A DNA stretch of 64,000 nucleotides from an uncultured Gammaproteobacteria bacterium (GCA_964411255.1 CAYPKD010000004.1:50147-114146); one strand, 5' to 3'; positions 1 to 9,866 are shown, counted from the stretch's first letter. Translations and numbers: made by a program. The notes: generated by a model not told the origin, from the sequence alone.

Positions 1-834
1 ACTCAGCCAGATAAACCAAAAGGAAGAAAAAAAGAGCCAATTGCTCCGCCAATAAAAAAATACGCCTCAACGCGTGATTTTTTAATCCTTCAACCACAAA
101 AATTAGATAAAAAATTTATTGGTCAGCTTGAAAAACTAAAACCAGATTTAGGTGTTGTAGTTGCATATGGAAAAATTTTACCTAAGCAAATTCTTGATTT
201 ACCAAAACATGGCTGTCTAAATATTCATGCTTCTCTACTTCCAAAATATAGAGGCGCAGCTCCAATTCAGGCTGCTTTGCTCAATGGTGATAAAAAGACC
301 GGTATTACCATTATGAAAATTGATAAAGGTTTAGATACTGGAGATATTATATCCTCGCAAAGTATTGAAATTCAAAAACAAGATAATTTACAAACTTTAC
401 ATGATAAACTAGCAGAGCTTGGGGCGCAGCTTTTGATAAAAACAATCCCAGATTATATTGCTGGTAAAATTAAACCTCAAAAGCAAGATGAATCAAAAGC
501 CTCAGTCTTCCCTACTATTTCCAAAGGACAAGGTAGAATTTTATGGAAAAATTCAGCTGAGCATATTTTTAATCAAATACGAGCTTTTACTCCATGGCCA
601 GGCGCATTTACTTTTTATAATAATAAAAAGCTGGACATTATTGAAGCAGAGCCGGTTGAATGTGGCGAAAATAGACTTATCGGCCAAATCTTTGGGTTTA
701 ATAACAAAGTTTTAGTACAGTGCAAGGAAAATTGTTTAGAAATAAAAAAAGTAAAACTTGAAGGAAAAAAAGAAATTGATATACAAAGCTTTATAAATGG
801 CCATTCAGATTTTATAGGTTTTGAATTAGAATAA
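1..834 (+). CDS. fmt: Methionyl-tRNA formyltransferase, 5'-truncated at window edge
   Basis: Frame 1 translation from nt 1 gives GCLNIHASLLPKYRGAAPIQAALLNGDKKTGITIMKIDKGLDTGDII and a C-terminal Fmt domain. Stop at 834. Confidence 0.85.
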   Translation, partial: TQPDKPKGRKKEPIAPPIKKYASTRDFLILQPQKLDKKFIGQLEKLKPDLGVVVAYGKILPKQILDLPKHGCLNIHASLLPKYRGAAPIQAALLNGDKKTGITIMKIDKGLDTGDIISSQSIEIQKQDNLQTLHDKLAELGAQLLIKTIPDYIAGKIKPQKQDESKASVFPTISKGQGRILWKNSAEHIFNQIRAFTPWPGAFTFYNNKKLDIIEAEPVECGENRLIGQIFGFNNKVLVQCKENCLEIKKVKLEGKKEIDIQSFINGHSDFIGFELE

Positions 835-840
835 TTACTC

Positions 841-940
841 GGGGAATCGCAGATTCCCCTCGGCACACATCTTGCGACGGGAATGGTTGCAGATTTGTTT
901 TATAAATAAAAGAGCAGAAAGTTTGACTTTCTGCTTTTTG
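841..940. terminator. Two hairpins between convergent genes: GGGGAATCgcagGATTCCCC at 841-859 and AGCAGAAAGTttgacTTTCTGCT plus T-run at 908-940, bidirectional
   Basis: Perfect inverted repeats followed by T-runs. Lies between the fmt stop and the stop of the minus-strand pentapeptide gene. Confidence 0.55.
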
Positions 941-942
941 AA

Positions 943-1410
943 TTATTTTGCAGCAGGAGGTTTTAGTCTCTTCTCCATGCGCATTGCCTTATCCAGCTCA
1001 TCAGCATCATCATCATCGCAAAGGACTGCTTTGCAAACAAGACCCTTGCATTCAAGCTTATCATAAGTAGTACCTCTGAGCATGACTTCATCATCAGCGC
1101 ATGCGCCAGTTAAGGAAAGTTCTTTATCAACCTGAGCTCCATTCAAATCAATAGAACCCTTGACTCTTACGCCATTTAGCAAAAGAGCGCCTGAAATTGT
1201 CATTCCATTTAACAAAAGATTGCCAGCCACTCGAAGACCGCTAAGGTCAAGGTCACCATCAATCATTGCACCGCTCAGGTTTAATGCTGAGCTGTATGAT
1301 TTACCACGAAGGTTTAGTGGATCAACCACATGAAAACCTGAAATATCTCGAGTTTTAGCTAACTTTCTAATAGCTTCTTCATCAAGTAATTCATGCCGTT
1401 TTAGTACCAT
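943..1410 (-). CDS. Pentapeptide-repeat protein with a Cys/Asp-rich C-terminus
   Basis: Tandem A(D/N)LxG-type pentapeptides (LNLSGAMIDGDLDLSGLRVAGNLLLNGMTISGALLLNGVRVKGSIDLNGAQV). Strong SD AAGGAGG precedes the ATG. Confidence 0.7.
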   Translation of the reverse strand: MVLKRHELLDEEAIRKLAKTRDISGFHVVDPLNLRGKSYSSALNLSGAMIDGDLDLSGLRVAGNLLLNGMTISGALLLNGVRVKGSIDLNGAQVDKELSLTGACADDEVMLRGTTYDKLECKGLVCKAVLCDDDDADELDKAMRMEKRLKPPAAK

Positions 1411-1442
1411 TTTTGCCTCCTTAGCAATGGGTTTTCAGGGAC

Positions 1443-1477
1443 ATATTATGATACATATTTTTATATACTTTGTCAAG
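1443..1477 (-). promoter_or_regulatory. Sigma70-like promoter for 943..1410
   Basis: On the minus strand: TTGACA (rc of 1471-1476), about 17 nt spacer, then a TATCAT/CATAAT -10 box, then SD and ATG. Confidence 0.45.
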
Positions 1478-1480
1478 TAT

Positions 1481-1509
1481 TAAAAAAGAGGAATTTTTTA
1501 TTCCTCTAG
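1481..1509 (-). terminator. Rho-independent terminator for 1498..1815
   Basis: AGAGGAAT-ttttt-ATTCCTCT hairpin with a T-run on the minus strand. Confidence 0.6.
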
Positions 1510-1815
1510 TATCGTTTTATTAAAGTAATAATAATGACTGATGCTGATTATCATGCCAAAGTTTTTGGCTTTCAAAGCAACCAGGCCAAAAGTTAGCTGA
1601 ACAACAATAAAGCTTGCCCACATTGAAATTGAAACTGCCTCTACATTCTTTGCTTGAAGCACTGCAATTAGCTGCATTGCTACAACCAACGGATTGAGTA
1701 GAGAAATTATTCCTGTTGCTCCATCAAAGTATTTGTGATTCAGAAGCTTTTCAAATTTCCTATATAACCATTTAGTGAAATTAACACCTATTTTTGCAGC
1801 CATTTTATCCTCCAA
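1498..1815 (-). CDS. Small hydrophobic membrane protein (2-3 TM), function unknown
   Basis: ORF of 105 aa with hydrophobic segments. It has its own terminator hairpin. Confidence 0.5.
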   Translation of the reverse strand: MEDKMAAKIGVNFTKWLYRKFEKLLNHKYFDGATGIISLLNPLVVAMQLIAVLQAKNVEAVSISMWASFIVVQLTFGLVALKAKNFGMIISISHYYYFNKTILEE

Positions 1816-1868
1816 TGGTTTGGTTATATCATGTTATTATATACTATTATTTTCATTTTGTCAAGATT

Positions 1869-1892
1869 AAAAAAAGAGGAATTTTATTCCTC
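1869..1892 (-). terminator. Terminator for 1884..2501
   Basis: AGAGGAAT-ttt-ATTCCTCT hairpin, a near copy of the one at 1481, with a T-run on the minus strand. Confidence 0.55.
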
Positions 1893-2501
1893 TGAATGAT
1901 ATACTTCTCCTCTTGTTTCCTGATTCTCAGTTAACTCGGTTTTTTTTAATATAATCACTTCAGTATCAACCTTTCCTTTCAGACGTTTTGCAATTGATGG
2001 CGGGCAAATAATTCTCCTAAAGTCAAGCCCAAGGCAAAAGATATCAGAGTATCGTCCATTAAACCTAATATCATGTGCATTAAGTCCATTTAGGAAAATA
2101 ACTCCCTCAACCAGGATCCCCTGCATATACAGATTACCTCTGATATTTGCACCAGAAAGATTTAGGTTACCGCGGATTTGAGTGCCAGATAAATCCAGAT
2201 GTACAGGAATTTTTGCTCCGCGCAAAGTTAGATCACCGTTCACAGTACAGCCACTAAAATTTAGTGGGCTATCAAATTGTTCTCCATCCAGATCTACAGA
2301 AGATCCCCAATGTTTACCGCAGACATCCCCTAAATTTGTTCTAATAAATTGATTAGCATCTATTTGTTCCTTTTTAGCTTCATCTTTCGCTATTCTTCTA
2401 TCAATTTCTTTTCCTGAAACACCGTGATTTTCTTCACTTCTTGAATGCAGCTCTTTTTCTCTTTTCCGGTCCATAACGCCTCCTTTAGCCTTTTGGGACA
2501 A
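1884..2501 (-). CDS. Pentapeptide-repeat protein
   Basis: FSGCTVNGDLTLRGAKIPVHLDLSGTQIRGNLNLSGANIRGNLYMQG pentapeptide run. SD GGAGG precedes the ATG. Confidence 0.7.
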   Translation of the reverse strand: MSQKAKGGVMDRKREKELHSRSEENHGVSGKEIDRRIAKDEAKKEQIDANQFIRTNLGDVCGKHWGSSVDLDGEQFDSPLNFSGCTVNGDLTLRGAKIPVHLDLSGTQIRGNLNLSGANIRGNLYMQGILVEGVIFLNGLNAHDIRFNGRYSDIFCLGLDFRRIICPPSIAKRLKGKVDTEVIILKKTELTENQETRGEVYHSEE

Positions 2502-2508
2502 GAAATAA

Positions 2509-2536
2509 GTTTAACATGATATTAAATTTTTGTCAA
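2509..2536 (-). promoter_or_regulatory. Sigma70-like promoter for 1884..2501
   Basis: Minus strand: TTGACA, 17 nt spacer, TAAACT, then GGAGG SD and ATG. Confidence 0.55.
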
Positions 2537-2618
2537 GTATAAAAAAAGCTCACATTTAGCATGAATCCCTGCCTTTATAGGAATAATCATACAGTGAGCT
2601 TTTATTGCTTATTATTTG

Positions 2619-4694
2619 TTATCTAAGCCAATCGTCAACCTGATCATCTGTCGGGCTTGGCACAGGTGGCAATGGCGGATGATATTTTATTGAGTCTAAT
2701 TTGTTCAGAATATCCAGCTCTTGATTTAATTCATTATCCCCTATTTTATCCATTTCATTTTGGAAATATTTTGCAAAATCTTCAAAAATGTCTACATAAT
2801 GTTCAGAAACAACAAGCTCCAATGACTGTCGCTCCCATTGGCCAAGCTCATATGGCCATGGCGCAATTAATCCAATTTCCTCAGTTACCCGGAAATCCAT
2901 TACTTCTGGTTCTGGCATTCTGCCTGATGTCATGCCGCTATAATATTCTCTTTCATCAATTATCCAATTTTTTATTAAATCAGCATATCTTGAAAGTAAA
3001 ATACCTTTTTGAATTCCATTGTTTTGATAATAATCAGATTTTTTATTTTCAAAATCAATCTTTTTTTCATCAGAATCTTTTTTTCCAGATCTGTCTTCAT
3101 ACGTTGTCTTTAATACAAGTTTACCATTATCTGATGTTTTTTTAAGTTTTAATAGTACAATTCCACCTTTGGTCTCTCCTTCCTTTGTTTTTGAAGGAAA
3201 CAAAGTATTTACTTTCATAATTTCTCCGGTAGCTTCATCTGCTTCAGGTGATCCATAAACTTTTTCAATATCATAACCGTCAGCTTCTAATATTAAATTT
3301 AGATCAAAGACCAGTGGCGTAACCATAAATTCAAATTCATCATCCATTCTGGTTTTGAATTCATCTTCTGAATGAACAGAATAATAATTTGCTCCTCTGA
3401 TTTTGGTTAAAGATTCAACAAGATCAGTATTAAAATCAACTCCAATTCCAATAAATGTGGTATAAAGGCTATCTTCTGAATTGTTTTCCAGCTGTGAAAA
3501 TAACCCGCCTCTGGTTGTATCTCCCAAGTTTGGCATTGCATCAGTTAAAAATATTATTCTATTCTCATATTCATCAGGATTCAATGCCCCTAGCTCATCA
3601 AAAAGCTCTGTGCCCTCTTTCATCCCAGCTTCCATATTTGTGCCGCCCATTGGTTGAATTTTTAAAATATGATCTTCAATTGCATTCATGTCAGTATTAC
3701 CAACATAATTGAGCGGCTTGGCAAGATATCCATTATCGTCAAAAAGCACCATCCCAAACCTGTCTTCATCATTTAAATGGTCAAGCAAGGCAACAACAGA
3801 TTCATTAGCAATTTCCATTTTAGTTTTGTCTGATTCTTTTAAATTCTCCCTTTCAAGCTGATTGCCAAACTGATCATAATAATATTTATTGAATTGAGAG
3901 CTCATTGATCCTGAAATGTCCAACACAATCACCAGGTTAAGCTTTTTGCGCTCAAAATCGCTTTCCTTTAGGTTTGAATTTAAACCGACTGCTAGATAGT
4001 AATCATCTTTATTTGAAATAGGATCTTTAGAAATTGCATATGAATAGGACGGGCAAAATAATTTTTCGCATTCTTGAGCTTTGCCAGTATCAAAATAATA
4101 GTCATAAAACAGGCCTTCATAAGTTATATCAGTTGGCAATGGCAAAAAATTATTTTTAATATTTTCTCTAAAATTATTAATATCTTTTGCTCCGCCAACA
4201 GCAAAACCAATGCTATCATCACCTGCTCCTCCCATTCCATCAGCAGGAGCCAGACTGGTTTCCAATGCCATATTTTTCATACTTGGTACGCCAGCTTTTT
4301 GAGACAAGCTTCTGAAAAATCCAGCATCTTCTTCTTCCTTAGAATAATCAAATGTCCAGTCATCCACTTTTTCAACCTGAACAAATACTGGTGGTTCGCC
4401 TTGTATATATGTTTTATAAAAATACGGGCCCCCAAAGGCCAGAAGCAAGATAATTGCTGTAGCGCCTGAAAATGCAAATATCCAGCGCCGCAATTTTTTT
4501 AATTGCGCTTTTTTTTCACTGCCCTTTGCTTTTACTTTTAGTTTCTTTTGCAAATCATTTACAAATTGCTTTGATATTACAATGTTTGGCTTGTTTTTGA
4601 GCATTTCTTTTAGCATTTTATTTAATTTTGCCTCATGTTTTTTCATAGTGGGATCGATTTTGTAGATTTCTTTTAGTATTTTGTTGATGTTCAT
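2619..4694 (-). CDS. Membrane-anchored von Willebrand factor A (VWA) domain protein with an anti-sigma-like topology
   Basis: Charged N-terminal region, one TM (WIFAFSGATAIILLLAFGG), then a MIDAS-containing VWA core (LVIVLDISGSMSS). Lies immediately downstream of the ECF sigma gene. Confidence 0.75.
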   Translation of the reverse strand: MNINKILKEIYKIDPTMKKHEAKLNKMLKEMLKNKPNIVISKQFVNDLQKKLKVKAKGSEKKAQLKKLRRWIFAFSGATAIILLLAFGGPYFYKTYIQGEPPVFVQVEKVDDWTFDYSKEEEDAGFFRSLSQKAGVPSMKNMALETSLAPADGMGGAGDDSIGFAVGGAKDINNFRENIKNNFLPLPTDITYEGLFYDYYFDTGKAQECEKLFCPSYSYAISKDPISNKDDYYLAVGLNSNLKESDFERKKLNLVIVLDISGSMSSQFNKYYYDQFGNQLERENLKESDKTKMEIANESVVALLDHLNDEDRFGMVLFDDNGYLAKPLNYVGNTDMNAIEDHILKIQPMGGTNMEAGMKEGTELFDELGALNPDEYENRIIFLTDAMPNLGDTTRGGLFSQLENNSEDSLYTTFIGIGVDFNTDLVESLTKIRGANYYSVHSEDEFKTRMDDEFEFMVTPLVFDLNLILEADGYDIEKVYGSPEADEATGEIMKVNTLFPSKTKEGETKGGIVLLKLKKTSDNGKLVLKTTYEDRSGKKDSDEKKIDFENKKSDYYQNNGIQKGILLSRYADLIKNWIIDEREYYSGMTSGRMPEPEVMDFRVTEEIGLIAPWPYELGQWERQSLELVVSEHYVDIFEDFAKYFQNEMDKIGDNELNQELDILNKLDSIKYHPPLPPVPSPTDDQVDDWLR

Positions 4695-4748
4695 ATAATT
4701 ATTTTTTTTAGAGAAATGCGAAAGGCGATATGCGACGAGTTTATTTTA

Positions 4749-4810
4749 TGCTGCTGCCTGAACTGTCATTCCTGCGTAGGCAGGAATCCAAGTTTAAAAG
4801 TGCAGCAGTA
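4749..4810. repeat. Dyad-symmetric element copy A: TGCTGCTGCC...GTCATTCCTGCgtagGCAGGAAT...GCAGCAGTA
   Basis: Nested inverted repeat, a member of a family also seen at 15344, 22522, 23975 and 41243. It is in inverted orientation relative to the others. Confidence 0.5.
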
Positions 4811-4834
4811 TTTTCGCTTCTTGCATTTCATTAT

Positions 4835-5395
4835 TCACTTTATTAGATTAATAATTTGGCCAAATATTATTATTAATAAAATATTATCTTTTAATTTTTG
4901 TGCAGACCTTGAAAAACTAACTTTACATGCATTTTCTGATTTGCCAATTATTGACGCAATTTCTTTATATGACAGCCCTTCCCATACTCGTAGAATTACA
5001 ATTTCCCTTTGCTCTGGGGTTAATGTTTTTAAATACTTTTTCACTTCTTCTATTTTTAAATTATTACCAATTGTAGTCTCTAAATGATTTGAATCAGCAA
5101 TTGACCAGAAATCTTCAATGTTTGAATTTGTTTTTTGAGTCCGATAATGATCGATAACTGTGTTTCTGGCAATATTAAATAGCCATGTCTGAAATTTTGA
5201 TTTTGAATCATCAAATTTTTCTAAATTATCCAAAGCTTTAAAAAACACTGTACTGGTCAAATCTTCAGCACTTTCTTTGTGCATTGTTTTGTAAAATACA
5301 AATTTGTATATTTTTTCAATGTATTTTTTGTACAATTTATCAAAAGCTTTTGAATTCCCGTCTAAATACTTTTGAATATAGAATGAATCATTCAT
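4835..5395 (-). CDS. ECF-type RNA polymerase sigma factor (sigma-70 family, regions 2 and 4)
   Basis: FQTWLFNIARNTVIDHYR (region 2) and LTPEQREIVILRVWEGLSYKEIASIIGKSENACKVSFSRSAQKL (region 4 HTH). Confidence 0.85.
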   Translation of the reverse strand: MNDSFYIQKYLDGNSKAFDKLYKKYIEKIYKFVFYKTMHKESAEDLTSTVFFKALDNLEKFDDSKSKFQTWLFNIARNTVIDHYRTQKTNSNIEDFWSIADSNHLETTIGNNLKIEEVKKYLKTLTPEQREIVILRVWEGLSYKEIASIIGKSENACKVSFSRSAQKLKDNILLIIIFGQIINLIK

Positions 5396-5540
5396 ATTTT
5401 TGGAGCTGGTTATTGGTCATTGGTCATAGCTGCCAGTTTTGTTTTAGGTTGTTGGGCATTGGTTTACCAATAATTAAAGCCTTTCGTTATTTTATACGAT
5501 ATTAAATTCAAAAAGTAACACTTGTATTGTAGCAGAAAAT

Positions 5541-5563
5541 AAAAAAAGAGGAATTAAATCCTC
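5541..5563 (-). terminator. Terminator for 5633..6154
   Basis: GAGGAATT-aa-ATCCTC hairpin preceded on the plus strand by an A-run, which is a T-run on the minus strand. Confidence 0.5.
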
Positions 5564-5632
5564 AGTACACGGTCATTTCTCTATTTAGCTACGCTCCATC
5601 GGTTACTTAAAACCTCAAACCACACCCCAATC

Positions 5633-6154
5633 TTACATAAATGGATATTCCAAATCAGTTGGGATTATTCCTACATACCCGTTCGTAAAAACAACCTTCT
5701 TTTCAATATCATAATATCGTGCAAATGCTGTTGCCCGATGATTGCCTTCAATAATAGTCCATGGGCCGGCTATATCTTTACAAATGCATATTAATTCTTT
5801 TTTTTCTTCAGGCAATTTTTGAATGTCATTATAAATTTCCTCAAGTTTGTAATATACAGGTTTTTCTTTTTCAAATCTATATTTTGCTACATCCTTGATA
5901 TATAAGGAAGGTATGTGATTCCAACCCTCGCAATTGATAGCTTTCATTTTATGCAAATCATTTTCCTCAAATTTGACATAATGCCATTTGGCCTTATTAT
6001 AAACTGGAGAAATTAATGTTTGTCTATATTTTTTTATTGCATCAATTTTATCAGGATATTTTTGATACCACTTTTTAAAATCATCAGTTTCTTTTTCAAA
6101 ATCAGTCCATTTATCTAAAACTTCATGTATATTTGATTCCCTAAGGATCTTCAT
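5633..6154 (-). CDS. Hypothetical protein, possibly ParB/sulfiredoxin-like (GNHRATAFA motif)
   Basis: ORF of 173 aa. IIEGNHRATAFA resembles the ParB-fold GxHRxxA motif. Functional call is weak. Confidence 0.45.
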   Translation of the reverse strand: MKILRESNIHEVLDKWTDFEKETDDFKKWYQKYPDKIDAIKKYRQTLISPVYNKAKWHYVKFEENDLHKMKAINCEGWNHIPSLYIKDVAKYRFEKEKPVYYKLEEIYNDIQKLPEEKKELICICKDIAGPWTIIEGNHRATAFARYYDIEKKVVFTNGYVGIIPTDLEYPFM

Positions 6155-6155
6155 A

Positions 6156-7670
6156 TTATTTAATTTGCGGTTTTAATGAATATATCTCAAAAAATATCCC
6201 AATTAAAATTACATACCCTATGCCCAGCGGGTGATTTAAATACGGACTAAACATGTGAGTTCCTAAAAGGGCTAAAAAGCCCATAATTAAGCCAAAAATT
6301 AAAACTCGATCAAATGGTTTTTCTGAAGATTTTATTTCCTGCCAGCCTAATTTCCAGATTTTATATAAAAGAAGTATAAAAATTACCATGCCAGCTAAAC
6401 CAAATTTTAATATTTGATCTAAATAACCCCATTCAAATGCATAAGTTGTGTATTTACCATCTGGATTTACTTCTAAAACACGTGGATCTTGAGAAATATA
6501 TGTAACAGTTTGGCCAAAACCAGAACCAATTATTGGATGTTTGGCAATGGACTTGCTAAGCTCTGGCAATTGAGCCCATCTTGAAGAAACAGCCGCTTCA
6601 CCTGTGATCTGAAATCTGGAGCTCAAAGCTAGCAGTTCAACATCAGCTTTTGGCCATGGGAATTTGACTATTGCGATAATTAATCCAATTGAAATGATAA
6701 ATAAACCAATTGATGCTCCAATAATTTTGGACATCTTTTTTAGTTTGTATTGATATTTAAAAATAAATATTGCCAATAAAATTATAAAAGCTGCAACTCC
6801 AGCCACCCAGAAACTTCTGGAAAGGCTTAGGGTTAAAGTACTACAAGTTAATATTAATAAAATCAATAAACCAATCAGGTTTTTACTGCGTTTTTCATAT
6901 TTAATCAAGAATAATAAAGCATAAATTACAAAAAATCCGATTAAAGTATAAATTTGTGCCTGAGAAAATACACGATAAAAATTTCCCTGCAGCAATGTTA
7001 CTTCACCAAAGCCGCTGTCTCTCACCCATTTGTATAAAGGTCTGGTATAGCTGACAATATGAGAAAAAGTGAAAAGCAAAAGCATTGACTTTAGGCTAAT
7101 ATATGTAATTGAAGCTAAAAATATTTTTAATAATGCATAAAGTTGACTTTTTTTTCTGATTAGTTGATATAAAATTGGCGTTAATCCAAAATATAAATAT
7201 GCATTGGTATCAAAAAATATATCAGTCAGATTGATTTTTCTAATTATTGCCCAAATTATTCCCCAGATTAATACAATGCCAAATAATAAATAATAATTTC
7301 TCAATTTAGAATGCCAGAATACAAACTTTTCTTTTTTTATTAGATCCTGAATGATTTTAATTATACCGATCATAAATATAATTAAGAATAATCCTAATCT
7401 GATTGAAATCGCATTTTCATCACTGATTGGGATTGAAAACAAGTGACCTTTTGAGCCAATAATCAATTCTGAAAGTAATATAAAAAGGCTGAACTCATAT
7501 TTTATCCAGCCAATTATTGCGGTTAAAATTAGTATTAAAATAAAGGTTATAATGTTGAATAATTCAAAATAAAAAGCAAAGAATGATAAAAATTCTACTA
7601 TGATAAATAGTAGCAATGCTGTATAAAAGACTTTGTCGAATAGTTTTGGCATAAATTTATAAATCAACAC
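6156..7670 (-). CDS. Polytopic membrane protein of the O-antigen ligase / Wzy_C-like family
   Basis: Ten or more TM helices and a large external loop with HPIIGSGFGQ, as in the Wzy_C NPxxGxGxG motif. Lies next to glycosyltransferases. Confidence 0.55.
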   Translation of the reverse strand: MLIYKFMPKLFDKVFYTALLLFIIVEFLSFFAFYFELFNIITFILILILTAIIGWIKYEFSLFILLSELIIGSKGHLFSIPISDENAISIRLGLFLIIFMIGIIKIIQDLIKKEKFVFWHSKLRNYYLLFGIVLIWGIIWAIIRKINLTDIFFDTNAYLYFGLTPILYQLIRKKSQLYALLKIFLASITYISLKSMLLLFTFSHIVSYTRPLYKWVRDSGFGEVTLLQGNFYRVFSQAQIYTLIGFFVIYALLFLIKYEKRSKNLIGLLILLILTCSTLTLSLSRSFWVAGVAAFIILLAIFIFKYQYKLKKMSKIIGASIGLFIISIGLIIAIVKFPWPKADVELLALSSRFQITGEAAVSSRWAQLPELSKSIAKHPIIGSGFGQTVTYISQDPRVLEVNPDGKYTTYAFEWGYLDQILKFGLAGMVIFILLLYKIWKLGWQEIKSSEKPFDRVLIFGLIMGFLALLGTHMFSPYLNHPLGIGYVILIGIFFEIYSLKPQIK

Positions 7671-7712
7671 TACTCCCTAGTCCCCTCCTCATTTTTTATG
7701 CAATAAATAGGT

Positions 7713-8603
7713 TTATATTCTCGACTGCGGTTTAGGCTTAACTTTAAATAATTGTGAAAGCCAGGCCAGAAATAAACTAACCGGTGATAAAACACTCAAA
7801 ATAATGTAAGATACCAGTCCATGATGCTTTTTGAAATATATTCGCATTCCTTTATTAAATCTCTTTTGCTTGTCTAAACTTGGGACTTGTTCAAAAGATT
7901 TGCCTTCATAATGAATAATTTGACTTATTGGCGAATACACGATTTTATAACCTTGTTTTTTTATTCTTTTGCAAATATCAACATCCTCCCACCAAAGCCA
8001 GTAATCCTCATCCCAGCCATTGATTTTTTCTAAAATATTCTTTCTGGTTAAGATGCATGCACCCATCAGCTGGTCAACTTCCTGAGTTTGAGTATAATCA
8101 AAGTTTTTAGCTAAGTATTTTTTTAGACTTTTGGTTTTTATAAAATGATGTAGTTTTAATAAAATAAGTATTTGGTCTGAGATTTTTGGAAAATTTTTAA
8201 CAGTAGGCTGGATCGATTTATCAGGATATAATAAGGTACTGCCCAAGGCGCCAATATTTTGATCTTGCTTAATATAATTTATCATCTTCCCAATAGAATC
8301 ATCGATAAATTTCATATCTGGGTTTAAAAACCAAATATATTTTCCTTTGGCAGCTTTCCAGCCCAGGTTATTTGCTTTGGCAAACCCCAGGTTTTCTTGC
8401 TGAGCTAGGATTTTAAGATTGCCATTTTTAATTTCTCTGGCAAATTCCCATTTTATTTTATCAACAGTCCAGTCTTTTGAAGCATTATCAACTACAATTA
8501 TTTCAAAATCAATGTCTTTTGTATTATTAAAAATCGACTTAATAAAATTAAGCAATAATTCCTCCACATTCCATGAAACAATAACTATTGAAATGTCTTT
8601 CAT
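7713..8603 (-). CDS. Family 2 glycosyltransferase
   Basis: ISIVIVSWNVEELLLNFIKSI...IIVVDNASKD is the GT2 N-terminal signature, with a DxD region. Confidence 0.8.
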   Translation of the reverse strand: MKDISIVIVSWNVEELLLNFIKSIFNNTKDIDFEIIVVDNASKDWTVDKIKWEFAREIKNGNLKILAQQENLGFAKANNLGWKAAKGKYIWFLNPDMKFIDDSIGKMINYIKQDQNIGALGSTLLYPDKSIQPTVKNFPKISDQILILLKLHHFIKTKSLKKYLAKNFDYTQTQEVDQLMGACILTRKNILEKINGWDEDYWLWWEDVDICKRIKKQGYKIVYSPISQIIHYEGKSFEQVPSLDKQKRFNKGMRIYFKKHHGLVSYIILSVLSPVSLFLAWLSQLFKVKPKPQSRI

Positions 8604-8613
8604 ATCAGGTGAT

Positions 8614-9864
8614 TTAGTATGGTTTGGTGGTCAGGCCATAAGAAGATAATTGAATATTTGCCTGATTATTTTTAATTTTATCTAAAAATTGTATTTTTGA
8701 ACCCTGATTTTTAATATAAAATGTTTTATTATTAATTTTTATGTCTGAATCTATTATTACTGGCTTGATATCATATTCAAACTGGCCAAAACTTTCACTG
8801 GCCAAAGCCAATTCTGCAATATTGGCAAAGGAATAATCATCATGATATATTTTTTCATCATGTTCAAAAGTTGAATACCAGGCTAAACGGCAAGGATTTT
8901 TAGAATCATTAAAGAAACGGTCATTATTTAAATATTGAAGATAAACGTTAAAATCATTATATTTAAATCGTTTTGACAGAAGACCGGCCATTAAGTATGT
9001 TTGCATATTACTTCCCTGCGGTCTGGCACCAAAAGCTGATTCTAAAAGTCCGTTTTTAAATGTTAAATACTGAAAATTCTTTGTCATTTCCCTGCCAGTG
9101 ATAACATGATTTATATTTTTAGTCCAGTCGCCATATATTGATAAAAGGTAGGCTTCCAAAATATGATAATGCATTGAAAAATCTTTTTGCTTATTTTCTC
9201 TGTATAAAAAGTCAATTGAAACTGATTCAATAATACTTTGCTCAACTTTTTTATTTATTAAATCATAAATTTCCTGATTTACTTCTAAATCATTTCTTTC
9301 TAAATATTTAGCTACATAATACCAATAAACGCCGGAGAGCGCAGCTCTGTTTTCAGTATCTTGCGCCTGAAGAGCAATAGGCATGTGATATAGCAATTCC
9401 ATTTGGTACATCCTTTTTTCTGCAGGCAGCAATAAATCAGGCATTTGTTCTAATAATCTAACAATTAAAAAATTGGTTATTGCGCCGTCAAATGAATGAG
9501 CTTTTTGGGCTTTAATTTTTTGTTTGAATACAGCTGATCTGACAGCATTACTAATTTTTATTTTTGCTTCCTGGTCTTCGCCTAAAGCCCTGTATTTATA
9601 AAAAGTGGCAAAACTAACTAAATATCTGGGGTCAGATGCAAAAGTCCATTCTGGGAAATCATAGGTTGGCGCTGCAAAAAACCAGGTCTGAAATTCTTCA
9701 TTGTATTTTGTATCTAAATAATAGCTATATTTATTAAAAATCTGCTCAATGTTTTGTTCAAAACTAATTGTTTCAAATGTTTGAGCTGCACTGGTTTTGC
9801 AGACTGGCAAAATTAACATTGAACATAAGGTAATTACGATTCCAAAAGTTTTTAACATTTTCAT
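8614..9864 (-). CDS. Secreted hypothetical protein
   Basis: N-terminal signal peptide MKMLKTFGIVITLCSMLILPVCKTSAA. No recognisable domain. Confidence 0.55.
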   Translation of the reverse strand: MKMLKTFGIVITLCSMLILPVCKTSAAQTFETISFEQNIEQIFNKYSYYLDTKYNEEFQTWFFAAPTYDFPEWTFASDPRYLVSFATFYKYRALGEDQEAKIKISNAVRSAVFKQKIKAQKAHSFDGAITNFLIVRLLEQMPDLLLPAEKRMYQMELLYHMPIALQAQDTENRAALSGVYWYYVAKYLERNDLEVNQEIYDLINKKVEQSIIESVSIDFLYRENKQKDFSMHYHILEAYLLSIYGDWTKNINHVITGREMTKNFQYLTFKNGLLESAFGARPQGSNMQTYLMAGLLSKRFKYNDFNVYLQYLNNDRFFNDSKNPCRLAWYSTFEHDEKIYHDDYSFANIAELALASESFGQFEYDIKPVIIDSDIKINNKTFYIKNQGSKIQFLDKIKNNQANIQLSSYGLTTKPY

Positions 9865-9866
9865 AT

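Noticed and set aside
1468-2540. Recurrent tttgtcaag motif at 1468, 1862, 2529, 33590 and 55180, first suspected to be a dispersed repeat
   Set aside because: It is simply the reverse complement of the -35 TTGACA of minus-strand sigma70-type promoters.
2657-3145. Plus-strand ORF of 162 aa antisense to the VWA gene. Similar antisense ORFs are 12232..12906, 15817..16170, 19925..20263, 19972..20415, 21905..22321 and 40437..40958.
   Set aside because: They lie opposite well-supported genes, are low-complexity with no SD or promoter, and are expected by chance in AT-rich DNA.
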